This document shows positions 54,151 through 63,907 of a DNA stretch of 64,000 bases, piece by piece. The stretch comes from Patescibacteria group bacterium (GTDB lineage: Bacteria > Patescibacteriota > Doudnabacteria > UBA920): contig WARV01000001.1 in NCBI GenBank assembly GCA_013387205.1, positions 86 to 64,085 on the forward strand, written 5' to 3'. A model generated the notes under the pieces. It was not told where the DNA came from. It did not search any database and worked only from the letters and a program-made list of their open reading frames with translations. A program made the translations under genes and the position numbers. Numbering within the stretch: position 1 is the first letter of the stretch; each line of letters opens with the position of its first letter.

Positions 54151-55287
54151 TTATTCTCTTTTTAAATATTTTTTTCCTTTAATTTTTTCCGGTAAGTAGC
54201 TTTCTTTGTCGTATTTTTCGTAACCCGTGCCGTAGCCCAATTCGTCCATGAGTTTCGTAGGCGCGTTGCGGATCTTAAGCGGTATGGGCAGGTTGCCGAA
54301 TTTTTTTACGTCTTCAAGCGCTTTAAAATACGCATAGTACGCGCTTCTGTCTTTTTTACACAAGCAAAGATAGGTTACTCCGTGTGCCAGGTTAATTTGG
54401 CATTCGGGCAGGCCAATTGTTTCGCAGGCGCGGAAAACTTCGTTGGCTACCACTAAAGCCGTGGGCTGGGCCAGGCCGATGTCCTCGCTGGCAAAAATCA
54501 CCATCCTGCGGGCAATGAATTTCGGGTCCTCGCCCGAGTCTATCATTCTTGCCAGATAATACAGGGCAGCATCAGGCTGGCTGGCGCGCATGGATTTGAT
54601 GAACGCGGAAATGGTATTATAATGTTCCTCGCCCTGCTTGTCGTATCTTAAAAATTTTGACTGCAGCGTATCTTTTAGCGTTTCTACCGTAACTTTGCTG
54701 TAAAGTTTGATTGTGTTTTCAATCATGGTAATGGCTTGACGCGCGTCGCCGTTGGCCATATTGGCCAGCCACTCCTTGGCGTCTTTTTTCATCTTGATGC
54801 CGGTTTGTTGGATAATTTTTTCCATGTCCTGCGTCGGTAATTCGTTTAAAGTAAAAACCCGGCAGCGCGATAGCAGCGCCGGGATAACTTCAAAGGAAGG
54901 ATTTTCCGTGGTCGCGCCGATTAAGGTCAATCGGCCCGATTCCACGAAAGGCAGTAAAAAATCCTGCTGTGCTTTGTTAAAGCGGTGGATTTCATCCAAA
55001 AACAAAACTTTAGGCCGCAAAGTGGGCTGCCTATCCTCTACAATTTTCCTAATATCGTCTTTCCCCGCCGAAACCGCGGACAGTTCATACATCTCCGCAT
55101 TTAACGCATTAGCGTAAATCCTAGCCAGAGTGGTTTTGCCGACGCCTGGCGGCCCCCATAGTATAAAAGAGAACAGGTGTTTCTGTTCTATGGCAACCTT
55201 TAAGGGTTTGTATTCCCCTACCAAATGCCCCTGCCCCACAAAACTTTCCAGGTTTTTGGGTCGAATTTTATTAGCTAGCGGTTCCAT
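54151..55287 (-). CDS. rarA: Replication-associated recombination protein A (AAA+ ATPase)
   Basis: GPPGVGKTTLARIYA Walker A, LFLDEIHRFNKAQQD, and MgsA C-terminal region. Confidence 0.9.
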   Translation of the reverse strand: MEPLANKIRPKNLESFVGQGHLVGEYKPLKVAIEQKHLFSFILWGPPGVGKTTLARIYANALNAEMYELSAVSAGKDDIRKIVEDRQPTLRPKVLFLDEIHRFNKAQQDFLLPFVESGRLTLIGATTENPSFEVIPALLSRCRVFTLNELPTQDMEKIIQQTGIKMKKDAKEWLANMANGDARQAITMIENTIKLYSKVTVETLKDTLQSKFLRYDKQGEEHYNTISAFIKSMRASQPDAALYYLARMIDSGEDPKFIARRMVIFASEDIGLAQPTALVVANEVFRACETIGLPECQINLAHGVTYLCLCKKDRSAYYAYFKALEDVKKFGNLPIPLKIRNAPTKLMDELGYGTGYEKYDKESYLPEKIKGKKYLKRE

Positions 55288-55421
55288 ATGATAAGTGTAA
55301 CAAGCCCAAAATCCGCTGGCAAGATGAAAGTATGGATAGCTACTGTAATTTCTGCGTAGGTAGAAATTAATATTTTGATTATTATCAATGTTCTGGATCC
55401 CAGACTCTATCTGGGATGGAA

Positions 55422-55495
55422 CAAAATGAATGGCTCAACTTAACCCCGTCAAATTGTATTCTTATTTGACTGGGGCGGTTGAGCCATTCATTTTG
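55422..55495. repeat. 74-nt long hairpin. 18-bp perfect outer stem CAAAATGAATGGCTCAAC / GTTGAGCCATTCATTTTG plus an imperfect inner stem.
   Basis: Base-by-base check. Lies in the rarA/yeaD divergent intergenic region. Confidence 0.7.
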
Positions 55496-55506
55496 CCTAA
55501 TTTGGG

Positions 55507-55534
55507 CACTTCGATACATCGATGTATCGAAGTG
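55507..55534. repeat. 28-bp perfect palindrome CACTTCGATACATC|GATGTATCGAAGTG
   Basis: Exact 14+14 reverse complement, ~70 nt upstream of the yeaD-like start. Confidence 0.8.
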
Positions 55535-55607
55535 GGGCTGGCTTGACTTTAGGAGATAATAACCATAAAATGAGATGAAACTGTTGTACCCGAGAAAAGG
55601 AGGGATA

Positions 55608-56468
55608 ATGATAGAGTATGGACTAGGAAATGGCGGATTGAAGCATTTGCTGATAAATAGCAAGTCGGCAACAGCTGAAATTTATTGCCAAGGAGCCCAC
55701 CTTATCCGCTGGCAGCCAAAGAGCTGTCCGCATCCGGTTTTTTGGATTAGCAAGAAGAGTTTGTTTGAACCAGGGAAGCCTATTCGCGGCGGCAGTCCAA
55801 TTTGTTTTCCCAAAGTCGGGCTAGCCCAGGGCAATGCCAAGTATCCCATGCACGGGCCTGTGAGGTTTGAAGAGTGGAATTCGGTACCCCCTGCCCCGCA
55901 GAATGACGACACGGTCCAAGTCGGCTTTAAGCTGGCAAGTAACCAGCGCACTCTTGCTGTCTGGTCGCACAAGTTTGAGCTGGAGACGTGTTTTGTCATC
56001 AATCCCGAGCTTAAACGCGTTGTTACCATCCGAAATACGGGCGACGCGCCGTTTTCTTGCGAAATTCTTCTTCACGACTATTTCGCGATTGGCAATCTCA
56101 GGAGAGCGCGAATTTTCGGGCTGAAAGACTCTTTGTATTTCAACAAGCCGACTGGAGAAATCTTCAGTGAGGGAAACGAGTGGGTTTCAATTGCCGGTGA
56201 GACCGACCGGGTTTACTCAAGCGATGGTCCGGTGATTTTGGATGACCCTGGTTTTCGGCGGAGAATCAACATCGAAAAAACCAACTCTAAGTCAACAGCA
56301 GTCTGGAACCCATGGGTCGAGAAGTCCAAAGCCATGCCTGATTTCGGCGACGATGAATACCTGGAAATGATTTGCGTTGAGTCCGGCAACGCCCTTAATG
56401 GCGCAATAACCGTGGAACCCGGCAAGGAGTTTACCATGAGTGTTGTTGTCAGGGTCGAGATGTACTGA
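55608..56468 (+). CDS. D-hexose-6-phosphate mutarotase (glucose-6-phosphate 1-epimerase, YeaD-like aldose-epimerase family)
   Basis: Motifs including GGSPICFP, HGPVRFEEW and the HDYFA region. Start at ATG 55608 with an AAGGAGGG SD. Track start 55575. Confidence 0.7.
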   Translation: MIEYGLGNGGLKHLLINSKSATAEIYCQGAHLIRWQPKSCPHPVFWISKKSLFEPGKPIRGGSPICFPKVGLAQGNAKYPMHGPVRFEEWNSVPPAPQNDDTVQVGFKLASNQRTLAVWSHKFELETCFVINPELKRVVTIRNTGDAPFSCEILLHDYFAIGNLRRARIFGLKDSLYFNKPTGEIFSEGNEWVSIAGETDRVYSSDGPVILDDPGFRRRINIEKTNSKSTAVWNPWVEKSKAMPDFGDDEYLEMICVESGNALNGAITVEPGKEFTMSVVVRVEMY

Positions 56469-56538
56469 GGCGCAAAATGCGCGCTACAAAACACCTCAGG
56501 CGGCAGTAATGTTGCTTGAGGTGTTTTTTATTGCTAAA

Positions 56539-57489
56539 TTATTTCAAATTTTTATCCGTATAAACCAAAGCTGGTTCAATGGTTCTTCCCCACTCGCTCC
56601 AGGTGTGGCTGCCTTTGCCTATCACGAATTCATGACTAATATTTTTTTGTGTAAGCAAACTGTCGAACTTTTTGTTTTCATCTTTCAGGCTTGGCAAGTC
56701 AATTTTACCGACTGATAAAAATATATGGGTATTAGGGTCAAGCTTTAAGTTATTTATATACTGAACTGGCATGTTTTCGTTTAAAGCCTGCTGGTTTTTG
56801 TCCAATGTTTTGTTTAGAATTCCTTTCCAGTTATCGAAATACCCGCCGAATGACAAAATAATACTGAACAAATCGTTGTGCCTTAATCCCAAATTCATCG
56901 CCGCGTATGCCCCGGAAGATATACCGCCAATGCCGCGGCTGCTGCGGTCATTTTTAGTTCGGTATCTTTTTTCTGCTTCGCTTATCGTGTCTTTTATAAT
57001 GTAATCTTCCATTTTCTGGTCAACGGTTGTCGCGTTGACATACATAGACGCTTTGATTTTCGGCCCGTTGCCGTCGGGAAAGACAACCAGCATCGGCTTG
57101 ATTTGTTTTTCCGATATCATTTTATCCAGCTTTGCCTGGATGTCGGTGTTTATTATCCAATCCAAATCATTGCCCGGGTCGCCATGAAGCAAATATAATA
57201 CGGGAAATTTTTCGTTAGGATTTTCATCATAAGCTTTTGGGACGTAAACCCTGAATTCCTTGGGTGCTTCTTTAAGCGAGGGGCTGTTAAAATACACCAC
57301 ATCGATCCTGCTTTCAAACGAAGCAGGAGTTTTTTTGGTGATTTTGTAATAGTTTTTGTAAACCCATTGTTGGCTTGGTACAAAGATATCCAAAATCTGC
57401 TGCCAAAACACGGCAATAATTACCCCAGCTAAAGCGGTAATTATCAAGATTTTTAAAATAGTAGGCATAGATTTAATTTTATTTATCAT
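56539..57489 (-). CDS. Membrane-anchored alpha/beta-hydrolase esterase (esterase D / putative esterase family)
   Basis: N-terminal TM. PVLYLLHGDPGNDLDWI and GISSGAYAAMNLG (GxSxG) motifs. Start uncertain (57489 or 57468). Confidence 0.65.
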   Translation of the reverse strand: MINKIKSMPTILKILIITALAGVIIAVFWQQILDIFVPSQQWVYKNYYKITKKTPASFESRIDVVYFNSPSLKEAPKEFRVYVPKAYDENPNEKFPVLYLLHGDPGNDLDWIINTDIQAKLDKMISEKQIKPMLVVFPDGNGPKIKASMYVNATTVDQKMEDYIIKDTISEAEKRYRTKNDRSSRGIGGISSGAYAAMNLGLRHNDLFSIILSFGGYFDNWKGILNKTLDKNQQALNENMPVQYINNLKLDPNTHIFLSVGKIDLPSLKDENKKFDSLLTQKNISHEFVIGKGSHTWSEWGRTIEPALVYTDKNLK

Positions 57490-59137
57490 ATTTAATTTCT
57501 TCGCCTGTGTGAACTTGGGCGAGGGCCAGTGCAATTTTCGGCAGGTCGGCATCGCTTTGGTAAGCCAAATACCTGGGCTGCCATGAAGGGTTGAATTTAA
57601 TTTTAAAGGCAGCCAGCGACTGGTAGTTGTAAAAGCTATTTATGTTTTTGTAAATAAAGTCCAAAGCTTTTTGCGCCATTGGCGAATCGGAAATATAATT
57701 TTCGGAAATCGATGCCGTTGCCAAACCTAAACTGGCTTGGGTTAGTCCTTCTGATTTAAATTTCAGCAAGGCTTCGGTTAAACACGTGTCAACCAGGCCG
57801 CTTGGCGCGTTTTGCGACCTTAACATTAAATCCAGCGTGCGGCCTCTGCCTTGGTTAAACGGAAAGAACGAAAAGCATCCAACCAGGTTATTATTTTCAT
57901 CTTGCGCTGTTAATATTAATCCTTCCTTGTCGGGAGGAAACGGGAAAAAATCCATGGAAAAAGTCATGGGCGCGGATTTGCGGGTTTTAAGCCAGCTTTC
58001 GTAAAGTTTCTGGATTTTTACCAATTCTTTCCAGGGCAATTCTTCCATGTTATGCCAAATATACCTGATATTTTTTTTCTTTATGTGATTGTAGCTGTTG
58101 CGGACATTTTTCATTTCCGGAGTGTTTAAATCGAATTTCGACAAGTCTATAATCGCGTCCTCCCCCACCCTGATCATCTTTAGCCCCATTTTTTTATAGA
58201 TATCCTTAGAGCCATCAGTCGTCTGGTAAAACACCGTAGTCATTCCGTGCTTTTGGATTTTTTCAAAGAATTCTTTGGAAAAATTTTCCAGTTCTTCCTT
58301 TGGCCCCATTGGGTCGCCGAGTACCGTAACTATCCCGGTTTTAATTTTATACGCTATTAAGCAATTGCCGGATTCTGAAATAAAATATCTTTTGTCATCC
58401 ATCAGGCTTAAGTAAGAAACAGGATGGGCGCCGAAATTCCCCACAATGTCTTTTGCTTTTTCCAAAGATTCTTCCGTAGGCTGGTCTTTGAAAATTTCCG
58501 GGGCGAACAAAACAACAAGCACTGAAATTAACGCTGCCGCACCGACCGTGGATATGGAATCTTCAAACCACCTGGCTCTCCTTGTTGTCGAAATAAGCGT
58601 GTTCTGCCCGATGCCGAATATCGAGTATTCGTAATCTTTATAAACATTAGGCCAGGTGACTTGCCTGGTGAACTGCCTTGGCAGCAAAAAGAACCCTATG
58701 GTGGAATAAGCCAAAAGCAGCAGCAAGACAGCCGCCGCTAGCGCCATTCTTTTATATAACCTAAGCGTGGCACTCCTTACAGAAAATTCCGCCTTGAAAA
58801 TTATCAGTAAGATTAGCGGTATTAGCAACACCACGACTGCATCCAAATCGAAATTTTTTGTGACATTAAAAAAAACGGCAAAGGATAACACCAAACAAGA
58901 AATCCACCACGCGCGGTATTTGCGGTTTTTTAGTCCCCAGGCCAAAAAGATCAAGCCAAAGCCGGCCAAAATCGCTCCAGTTCTGGAGATGTGCCTTATG
59001 CCTAACGGCAACAGCTCTTCCAAAATAAGCATTCTTCCCGGATGTATGCGGAAAAAAGCGGAATAGATGGTAAGTATTCCGGAAAGGAAAACTATTATAG
59101 CAACAACTGCCGCGGCATTAATCTTAAGTTTTTTCAT
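57479..59137 (-). CDS. MprF-like membrane protein: N-terminal TM domain plus C-terminal aminoacyl-phosphatidylglycerol synthase-like (DUF2156) domain
   Basis: About 6 N-terminal TM helices. The cytoplasmic C-terminal domain resembles the lysyl-PG synthase domain of MprF. Recalled from memory. Confidence 0.5.
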   Translation of the reverse strand: MKKLKINAAAVVAIIVFLSGILTIYSAFFRIHPGRMLILEELLPLGIRHISRTGAILAGFGLIFLAWGLKNRKYRAWWISCLVLSFAVFFNVTKNFDLDAVVVLLIPLILLIIFKAEFSVRSATLRLYKRMALAAAVLLLLLAYSTIGFFLLPRQFTRQVTWPNVYKDYEYSIFGIGQNTLISTTRRARWFEDSISTVGAAALISVLVVLFAPEIFKDQPTEESLEKAKDIVGNFGAHPVSYLSLMDDKRYFISESGNCLIAYKIKTGIVTVLGDPMGPKEELENFSKEFFEKIQKHGMTTVFYQTTDGSKDIYKKMGLKMIRVGEDAIIDLSKFDLNTPEMKNVRNSYNHIKKKNIRYIWHNMEELPWKELVKIQKLYESWLKTRKSAPMTFSMDFFPFPPDKEGLILTAQDENNNLVGCFSFFPFNQGRGRTLDLMLRSQNAPSGLVDTCLTEALLKFKSEGLTQASLGLATASISENYISDSPMAQKALDFIYKNINSFYNYQSLAAFKIKFNPSWQPRYLAYQSDADLPKIALALAQVHTGEEIKYDK

Positions 59138-59323
59138 GGCAGAAAAGCTAAAATTTATATTTCTAACCTAATAATGAAATTATATCATTCTTAAACAAAA
59201 AAGCGCCAGGTATAGCGATTTGCGCTAAGTATTTGCCTCTATATGAACTTCGGTGCAGGGTTTGTTTTTCTTCCGTTTGATAGTTGTCCAAGGATCTAAT
59301 GATTATATTTAACATTTAAAGCA

Positions 59324-59941
59324 CTAGTATGTGATCGTGGGGGTCTTGTGCAGGTAGGTGTCATCGGTCAGTGCTTTAAGCATGAAATCTGCCGTGTCGG
59401 CACGGGAAATGGTCGGCCAAAAACCGGTTTTGATATTTTCTCCGGCGCGATATCTTCCCGTTTTTGATTTATTGGTAAGCGCGACAGGCCTGACAATTAC
59501 CCAGTCAATCTTACTGCTTGCTACTATCATTTCCATTCTTTCTTTGTCTTGCATATTGCTTTTAACAACCCACCAAAGGGTCTTGCTATAAAATTTTTGC
59601 CTGGTGTCATAAACCCCATAAGCTGATTCCACTACAAATTTTTTAATTCGATGCCTTTCCATGGCATTGATAATATTTTCCGCACCTTCAGAGCAAATAG
59701 TTTTATTCTTTGAGCCGGCAGAATTACCTAAAGCAGAAAGCACTGCTTCGTGGCCTTTGACCGCCAAATTGACCTGGGCAGGGTTCAGTACGTTACCCTG
59801 GTACAGCTGCAAATTTTTATGCTTAAAAGGAGATCTTAGAACGTCACGCACAAATGCCGTCACGTTATGGCCTTGTTCCAGGGCCTGTTTGACCAGTTCT
59901 TTTCCTGTTCTGCCCGTCGCTCCAAAAACGATAATATCCAT
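59324..59941 (-). CDS. NAD(P)H-binding Rossmann protein (NmrA/atypical SDR-like)
   Basis: IIVFGATGRTGKELVKQALEQGHNVTAFVR (GxxGxxG). Confidence 0.7.
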   Translation of the reverse strand: MDIIVFGATGRTGKELVKQALEQGHNVTAFVRDVLRSPFKHKNLQLYQGNVLNPAQVNLAVKGHEAVLSALGNSAGSKNKTICSEGAENIINAMERHRIKKFVVESAYGVYDTRQKFYSKTLWWVVKSNMQDKERMEMIVASSKIDWVIVRPVALTNKSKTGRYRAGENIKTGFWPTISRADTADFMLKALTDDTYLHKTPTITY

Positions 59942-59953
59942 AACTAATAAATA

Positions 59954-60709
59954 CTATTTTACTTTTGGAAATTTTTGGTGATAATGCCTAATCCTAATTG
60001 ATGACGTTTGCAGATACCTTTTCCTTGTAGTTTCGGGAAATCTTTCTATGGCGTAGCGGAGCATGGTGCGCGGCATGGTTTTGCAGTGTTTTTGCAAAAA
60101 CTTTTCTTCGATTTCCTGGCTGCACCTTTTGCCCACTTCCCTGAGCATCCAGCCAACGGCTTTGTGGATAAGATCGTGCTTATCTTTTACAAGCTTCTCC
60201 GAAATTTTTATGGCCCATTCCGGCCGGCCGTAATAAGTGAAATAAAGCGTGGCAAGAATGGCAATGCGCTTCTCCCACAAACTTTTGGATTTAGCAAGTT
60301 TAATAAGAACGCTTTTATCCTTTTCAAATAAATATCCGCCAATAATATGCGGCGCGGTCAAATCCACCAAATCCCAGTTGTTGATATATTTAGTGTTCTT
60401 TAAATACAACCTGTAGATTTTTTCCTGCAAATCTTCGAATTTTTTAAATTTCAAAACCAGGATAATCAAGGCAATTAACCTTTCTTCGTGGAATTTGCCG
60501 TGCAATAACTTTTCAGTGTCAGATAGCGTTATATCGTTGAAATATTTTTTTGCCAATATCCGCTGCTTGGGTACGACTATTCCTAAAAATAAATCCCCTT
60601 CCCCATATTGTCCTTTGCCGGTTTTAAAGAAACGCTGTAAGACTATGGCTTTTTGCGGGTCAGCGAGTTTTTTTAGGTCTGTCTGCAAACTTTTCAAATT
60701 GTTTTGCAT
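59954..60709 (-). CDS. DNA alkylation repair enzyme (AlkC/AlkD HEAT-like repeat family)
   Basis: LKKLADPQKAIVLQRFFKTGKGQYGEGDLFLGIVVPKQR matches the family N-terminus. Start at MQNNLK (60709). Track start 60775. Confidence 0.7.
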   Translation of the reverse strand: MQNNLKSLQTDLKKLADPQKAIVLQRFFKTGKGQYGEGDLFLGIVVPKQRILAKKYFNDITLSDTEKLLHGKFHEERLIALIILVLKFKKFEDLQEKIYRLYLKNTKYINNWDLVDLTAPHIIGGYLFEKDKSVLIKLAKSKSLWEKRIAILATLYFTYYGRPEWAIKISEKLVKDKHDLIHKAVGWMLREVGKRCSQEIEEKFLQKHCKTMPRTMLRYAIERFPETTRKRYLQTSSIRIRHYHQKFPKVK

Positions 60710-60824
60710 TATATTGAAATTTTCTTTTGGAGGCGTTGAGACAGCCGGCAGGCTGTTTTGTCCAGGCAGGTTCATTCAACTGGCTTTAAGTTTAATGTGC
60801 ATTAATTATAGCATTTCTGGGTTG

Positions 60825-62510
60825 CTATTGTTCAAATGATTGAACGCGTTTTGGAAAGGTTTCGGTGGATGGGGTAGTCATAACATTAATTTTTGGACTG
60901 CCTAAAATTGAAACGTTGCTGGAAGAATTTTTTTGGTAAGTGACTGAACCTGTGGCAAACACCTTGGCCCTGGAAGCGCCGCTGGCATTGATATTGGCGT
61001 CTTTAGCCGCTAATTCGCTTGCGTCAAGCTGTGATACTCCGGCAAGCTCAGCTTTTATGGAATCGGCAGTTCCTGTTAGGCTTAACCTGCTGACGCCATC
61101 TATTTGGACAGTGATATTTTTGCTTTCCATATTTACATTACCTTCGCTGGCTCCGCTTAAAGAAATTTCGGTTGATGTCGAAATTATTTTATCCGAAAAG
61201 ACATTGGAAATGCCGGATGCCGTAATTTTGGAAAATTCCGGCGCTGTAATTTCAAAGTCGATTTTCCTGCTTACGCAGAAAAGGCAGATTTTTTTTGTTG
61301 TTTTTTTGCCTACAGTCAAAGTATTATTTTTGCTTTCAACCAAAGCCCTGTCCAAGTCCCTCATTCTACCGGTAGCCCTTATTGAATAAGTATTTCCCTG
61401 GACAAGTTTGTAATTATTCATTCCTGCTAAATCCAGATTGCTGAAATTTCCAATGCCGGAAAATTCCCTGGTGGTAATTTGGTTGTCCGGGGCGGAATGG
61501 ATTTTATTTACGAAATCCGGCACGGATTGGATGGCAAGCACACCTCCGGCAATTAATGTCGCCAGCCATACGCCGAGCAGGCTTAAGCCCAGTCCCGAAG
61601 AAACTGTTTTGCGTTTGTTTAATACGGCCATTCCCAGAAGGAATAAAAACAATACTGGTATAAATACTGCCACATATATTGCTATCACCAAAGCGTAGTA
61701 AGCCGGGCTGCTGGCTAAGATGGCAAATGAGGGGTTCAGGTAAGGCGAATGGATATTGAATATGCTTGATGCGGCCACGAATGTCAGCCCGCTTAAAAAC
61801 AAGATTGAAATAATGACAACAACCAATCCGGCCAGCCTGCCGATTGTGCCAAAAAGTATTTTGGCCGCCTTGCCTAAGCCAGCCGCCATATGGCTAACAA
61901 ACGGTTTCATTTTTTTTGTCGAATCTTTTGCTTCCAAAGCCTTTTCTTTTATAGTCTGGCTAATGGAATTTATATTCAAGGACTGTCCCTTCATTTGCAT
62001 TTTTTCCGTGGGGGTTTTTGCTTCCGGGATGATTATCCATAAAACAATGTAAATCGGGATTATTGTCCCCCAAGCAAAAAGCAAAATTAAAAACGCCAGC
62101 CTGACCAAAGTCGAGTCTATATCAAAATACGCGGCAATTCCAGAACAGACGCCGGCGATTATTTTATCGTCCGAATTCCTGTAAAATCTTTTGCCGGCCA
62201 GTTCTTCTCTTTGCGTATTTCCGTTGTTGTTTTTTTCCAGGTTCCCTTCGGATAAATCTTCAATGGTGCCTAATTCCTTAATGATGTTGTCTACATTCTG
62301 CTTGGTTATTACGGTTTGAGTATCCCCTTTGGAGTTTTCTATGAATTTTTCGGCAATCCTTGCTTCCATGTCGGAAATTATTTCCGCACTGCCGGGGTAC
62401 TCAGCAAAGTGGGCTTTAATGGCGCTCAAATAGGCGTATAGTTTTTCGAAAGCCGGTTCTTCCACAAAAAAGTTCCTGCCGCCTATGTTTATGCTAATTG
62501 TTTTATTCAT
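60825..62510 (-). CDS. PspC-domain membrane protein with large extracytoplasmic C-terminal domain (DUF2807/DUF4097-like beta-rich putative adhesin domain)
   Basis: PspC motif KRFYRNSDDKIIAGVCSGIAAYFDIDSTLVRLAFLILLF, multiple TM helices, and C-terminal repeats (...LSGASEGNVNMES..., ...LTGTADSIKAELAGVSQLDASEL...). Confidence 0.65.
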   Translation of the reverse strand: MNKTISINIGGRNFFVEEPAFEKLYAYLSAIKAHFAEYPGSAEIISDMEARIAEKFIENSKGDTQTVITKQNVDNIIKELGTIEDLSEGNLEKNNNGNTQREELAGKRFYRNSDDKIIAGVCSGIAAYFDIDSTLVRLAFLILLFAWGTIIPIYIVLWIIIPEAKTPTEKMQMKGQSLNINSISQTIKEKALEAKDSTKKMKPFVSHMAAGLGKAAKILFGTIGRLAGLVVVIISILFLSGLTFVAASSIFNIHSPYLNPSFAILASSPAYYALVIAIYVAVFIPVLFLFLLGMAVLNKRKTVSSGLGLSLLGVWLATLIAGGVLAIQSVPDFVNKIHSAPDNQITTREFSGIGNFSNLDLAGMNNYKLVQGNTYSIRATGRMRDLDRALVESKNNTLTVGKKTTKKICLFCVSRKIDFEITAPEFSKITASGISNVFSDKIISTSTEISLSGASEGNVNMESKNITVQIDGVSRLSLTGTADSIKAELAGVSQLDASELAAKDANINASGASRAKVFATGSVTYQKNSSSNVSILGSPKINVMTTPSTETFPKRVQSFEQ

Positions 62511-62847
62511 GTTTTTTTATTAAAGAGTTAATTGAGTTTGATAAGTTCGACCAGCTTTTTTCATGGCTTTTCAGGCTTTCTTTGCCTTTGCTTGTTAGGC
62601 GGTAATATTTTCTGGGAGGGCCGGATTTAGATTCTATCCAGGTGTATTCCAGCACTTGCAAACTTTTGAGCCTGGATAGCAGCGGGTACAAAGTCCCCTC
62701 GACAATTATCAGGTTGTTCTCCTTTAGTTCTTTAATGATGTCCGAAGGATAAATTTCGCCTTTGGAAATTATAAGCAATACGCAGAATTCCAATACTCCC
62801 TTGCGCATTTGGACAGTCGCGTTTTCCGCATTGGTTTCTTGTGGCAT
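62503..62847 (-). CDS. PadR-family transcriptional regulator
   Basis: GVLEFCVLLIISKGEIYPSDIIKEL...GTLYPLLSRLKSLQVLEYTW (winged HTH). Overlaps the start of the PspC gene. Confidence 0.8.
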   Translation of the reverse strand: MPQETNAENATVQMRKGVLEFCVLLIISKGEIYPSDIIKELKENNLIIVEGTLYPLLSRLKSLQVLEYTWIESKSGPPRKYYRLTSKGKESLKSHEKSWSNLSNSINSLIKKHE

Positions 62848-63000
62848 AGGTATAGGTTAAGTGTCTTAGGTATATTATATACTATACTACCTTGTATAGC
62901 AAGGTATTAGGCTGTGGATAATTTCCAGCCAAAAAAAAGACGGTATGATGCAAAACTTTCTAAGTTTAAGCGAATCATGGTCCGTCTTAAGATTGTCGGG

Positions 63001-63408
63001 CTAAGGTGTGCTGTTTGTATTGTCTTGTTCCAGTAAACCCATAATCACCTGTTTGACTTCTATCATGAAATCGGGTTCTTTAAATACAAAAGCATGGCAC
63101 ATGGCCTCAAATTCATGGATTACAGAAGTGGCGTAGCCGATTATTTTTATGGCCTGGTCTATTTCCCTGATTTTATTGGCTAACAGAATTCCTTCAACGC
63201 TCCCAATCATCCCCTTACTGAGATTGCCGTCTATCAACGCAATCCTTATTCCCAATTTTGGCAGATTGGGAACCGCTTCGTAAGCTTCTGAAAGACTAGA
63301 AGCCATGAGGGGGACTTCAAAGCCCCACTTTTCCAGAAAATTTTTGGCGTATAACCTGATTGAGTCAGTGTCTTCCGCCAAAAAAACCTTAATGCCCTTT
63401 TGCAGCAC
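63001..63408 (-). CDS. Stand-alone response-regulator receiver (REC) domain protein
   Basis: KVFLAEDTDSIRLYAKNFLEKWGFEV...IALIDGNLSKGMIGSVEGI...KIIGYAT (phospho-acceptor Asp context). Confidence 0.65.
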   Translation of the reverse strand: MLQKGIKVFLAEDTDSIRLYAKNFLEKWGFEVPLMASSLSEAYEAVPNLPKLGIRIALIDGNLSKGMIGSVEGILLANKIREIDQAIKIIGYATSVIHEFEAMCHAFVFKEPDFMIEVKQVIMGLLEQDNTNSTP

Positions 63409-63495
63409 CTTGTTATTTCCTCCTTTAAGATGTTTTGTGTTGCATTATATTATACGACGAATTGGCCTTTTAATATTAACTAGCTATTTAAAAAA

Positions 63496-63518
63496 CCCCG
63501 CCTCTTAAAAAGGCGGGG
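63496..63518 (-). terminator. Intrinsic terminator hairpin CCCCGCCT-cttaaaaa-AGGCGGGG, copy 2 of the recurrent motif
   Basis: Near-identical to the 38540-38562 hairpin. T-run on the minus strand after the 63530..63907 gene. Confidence 0.6.
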
Positions 63519-63529
63519 TTGTTGTGCCG

Positions 63530-63907
63530 TTATTGCCGGTTTTCTGGTTCAGCCTGGTTGACTTTTTTAAACTTTACGCTGAAGATGGGTTCGTATTGGT
63601 TTCTGTCTTCGTCTTCCACTTTTACCGTCTCCCCTTTCATCAGCGTGGATATGGCCAGGTCCGCCAAAAGTTCCTTATCCAGTTCCAAATCTTTTTTTAA
63701 GGCTTCTATTTTTTCCTGGGTTTGCCCGAGTTCGGCTTTGGTTTCATTTTCTATCTGCAGTTTTCTCAATTTATATCCGCGCAGTTTTTCCATTGTCTCT
63801 TTGTATTCTTTGGATACAGACAAGGCATCTTTGTATTGCTGCTGGATATTTTTTCTTTCTTTTTTTGTGCTTCGCACGCGGTTGAAAACGTCCTGTATGT
63901 TTTGCAT
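63530..63907 (-). CDS. Hypothetical coiled-coil protein
   Basis: ORF track entry. Charged heptad-rich sequence. Confidence 0.4.
   Translation of the reverse strand: MQNIQDVFNRVRSTKKERKNIQQQYKDALSVSKEYKETMEKLRGYKLRKLQIENETKAELGQTQEKIEALKKDLELDKELLADLAISTLMKGETVKVEDEDRNQYEPIFSVKFKKVNQAEPENRQ

Noticed and set aside
60940-62052. + strand ORFs 60940..61389, 61438..61698 and 61756..62052 inside the PspC-domain gene
   Set aside because: Antisense shadows.
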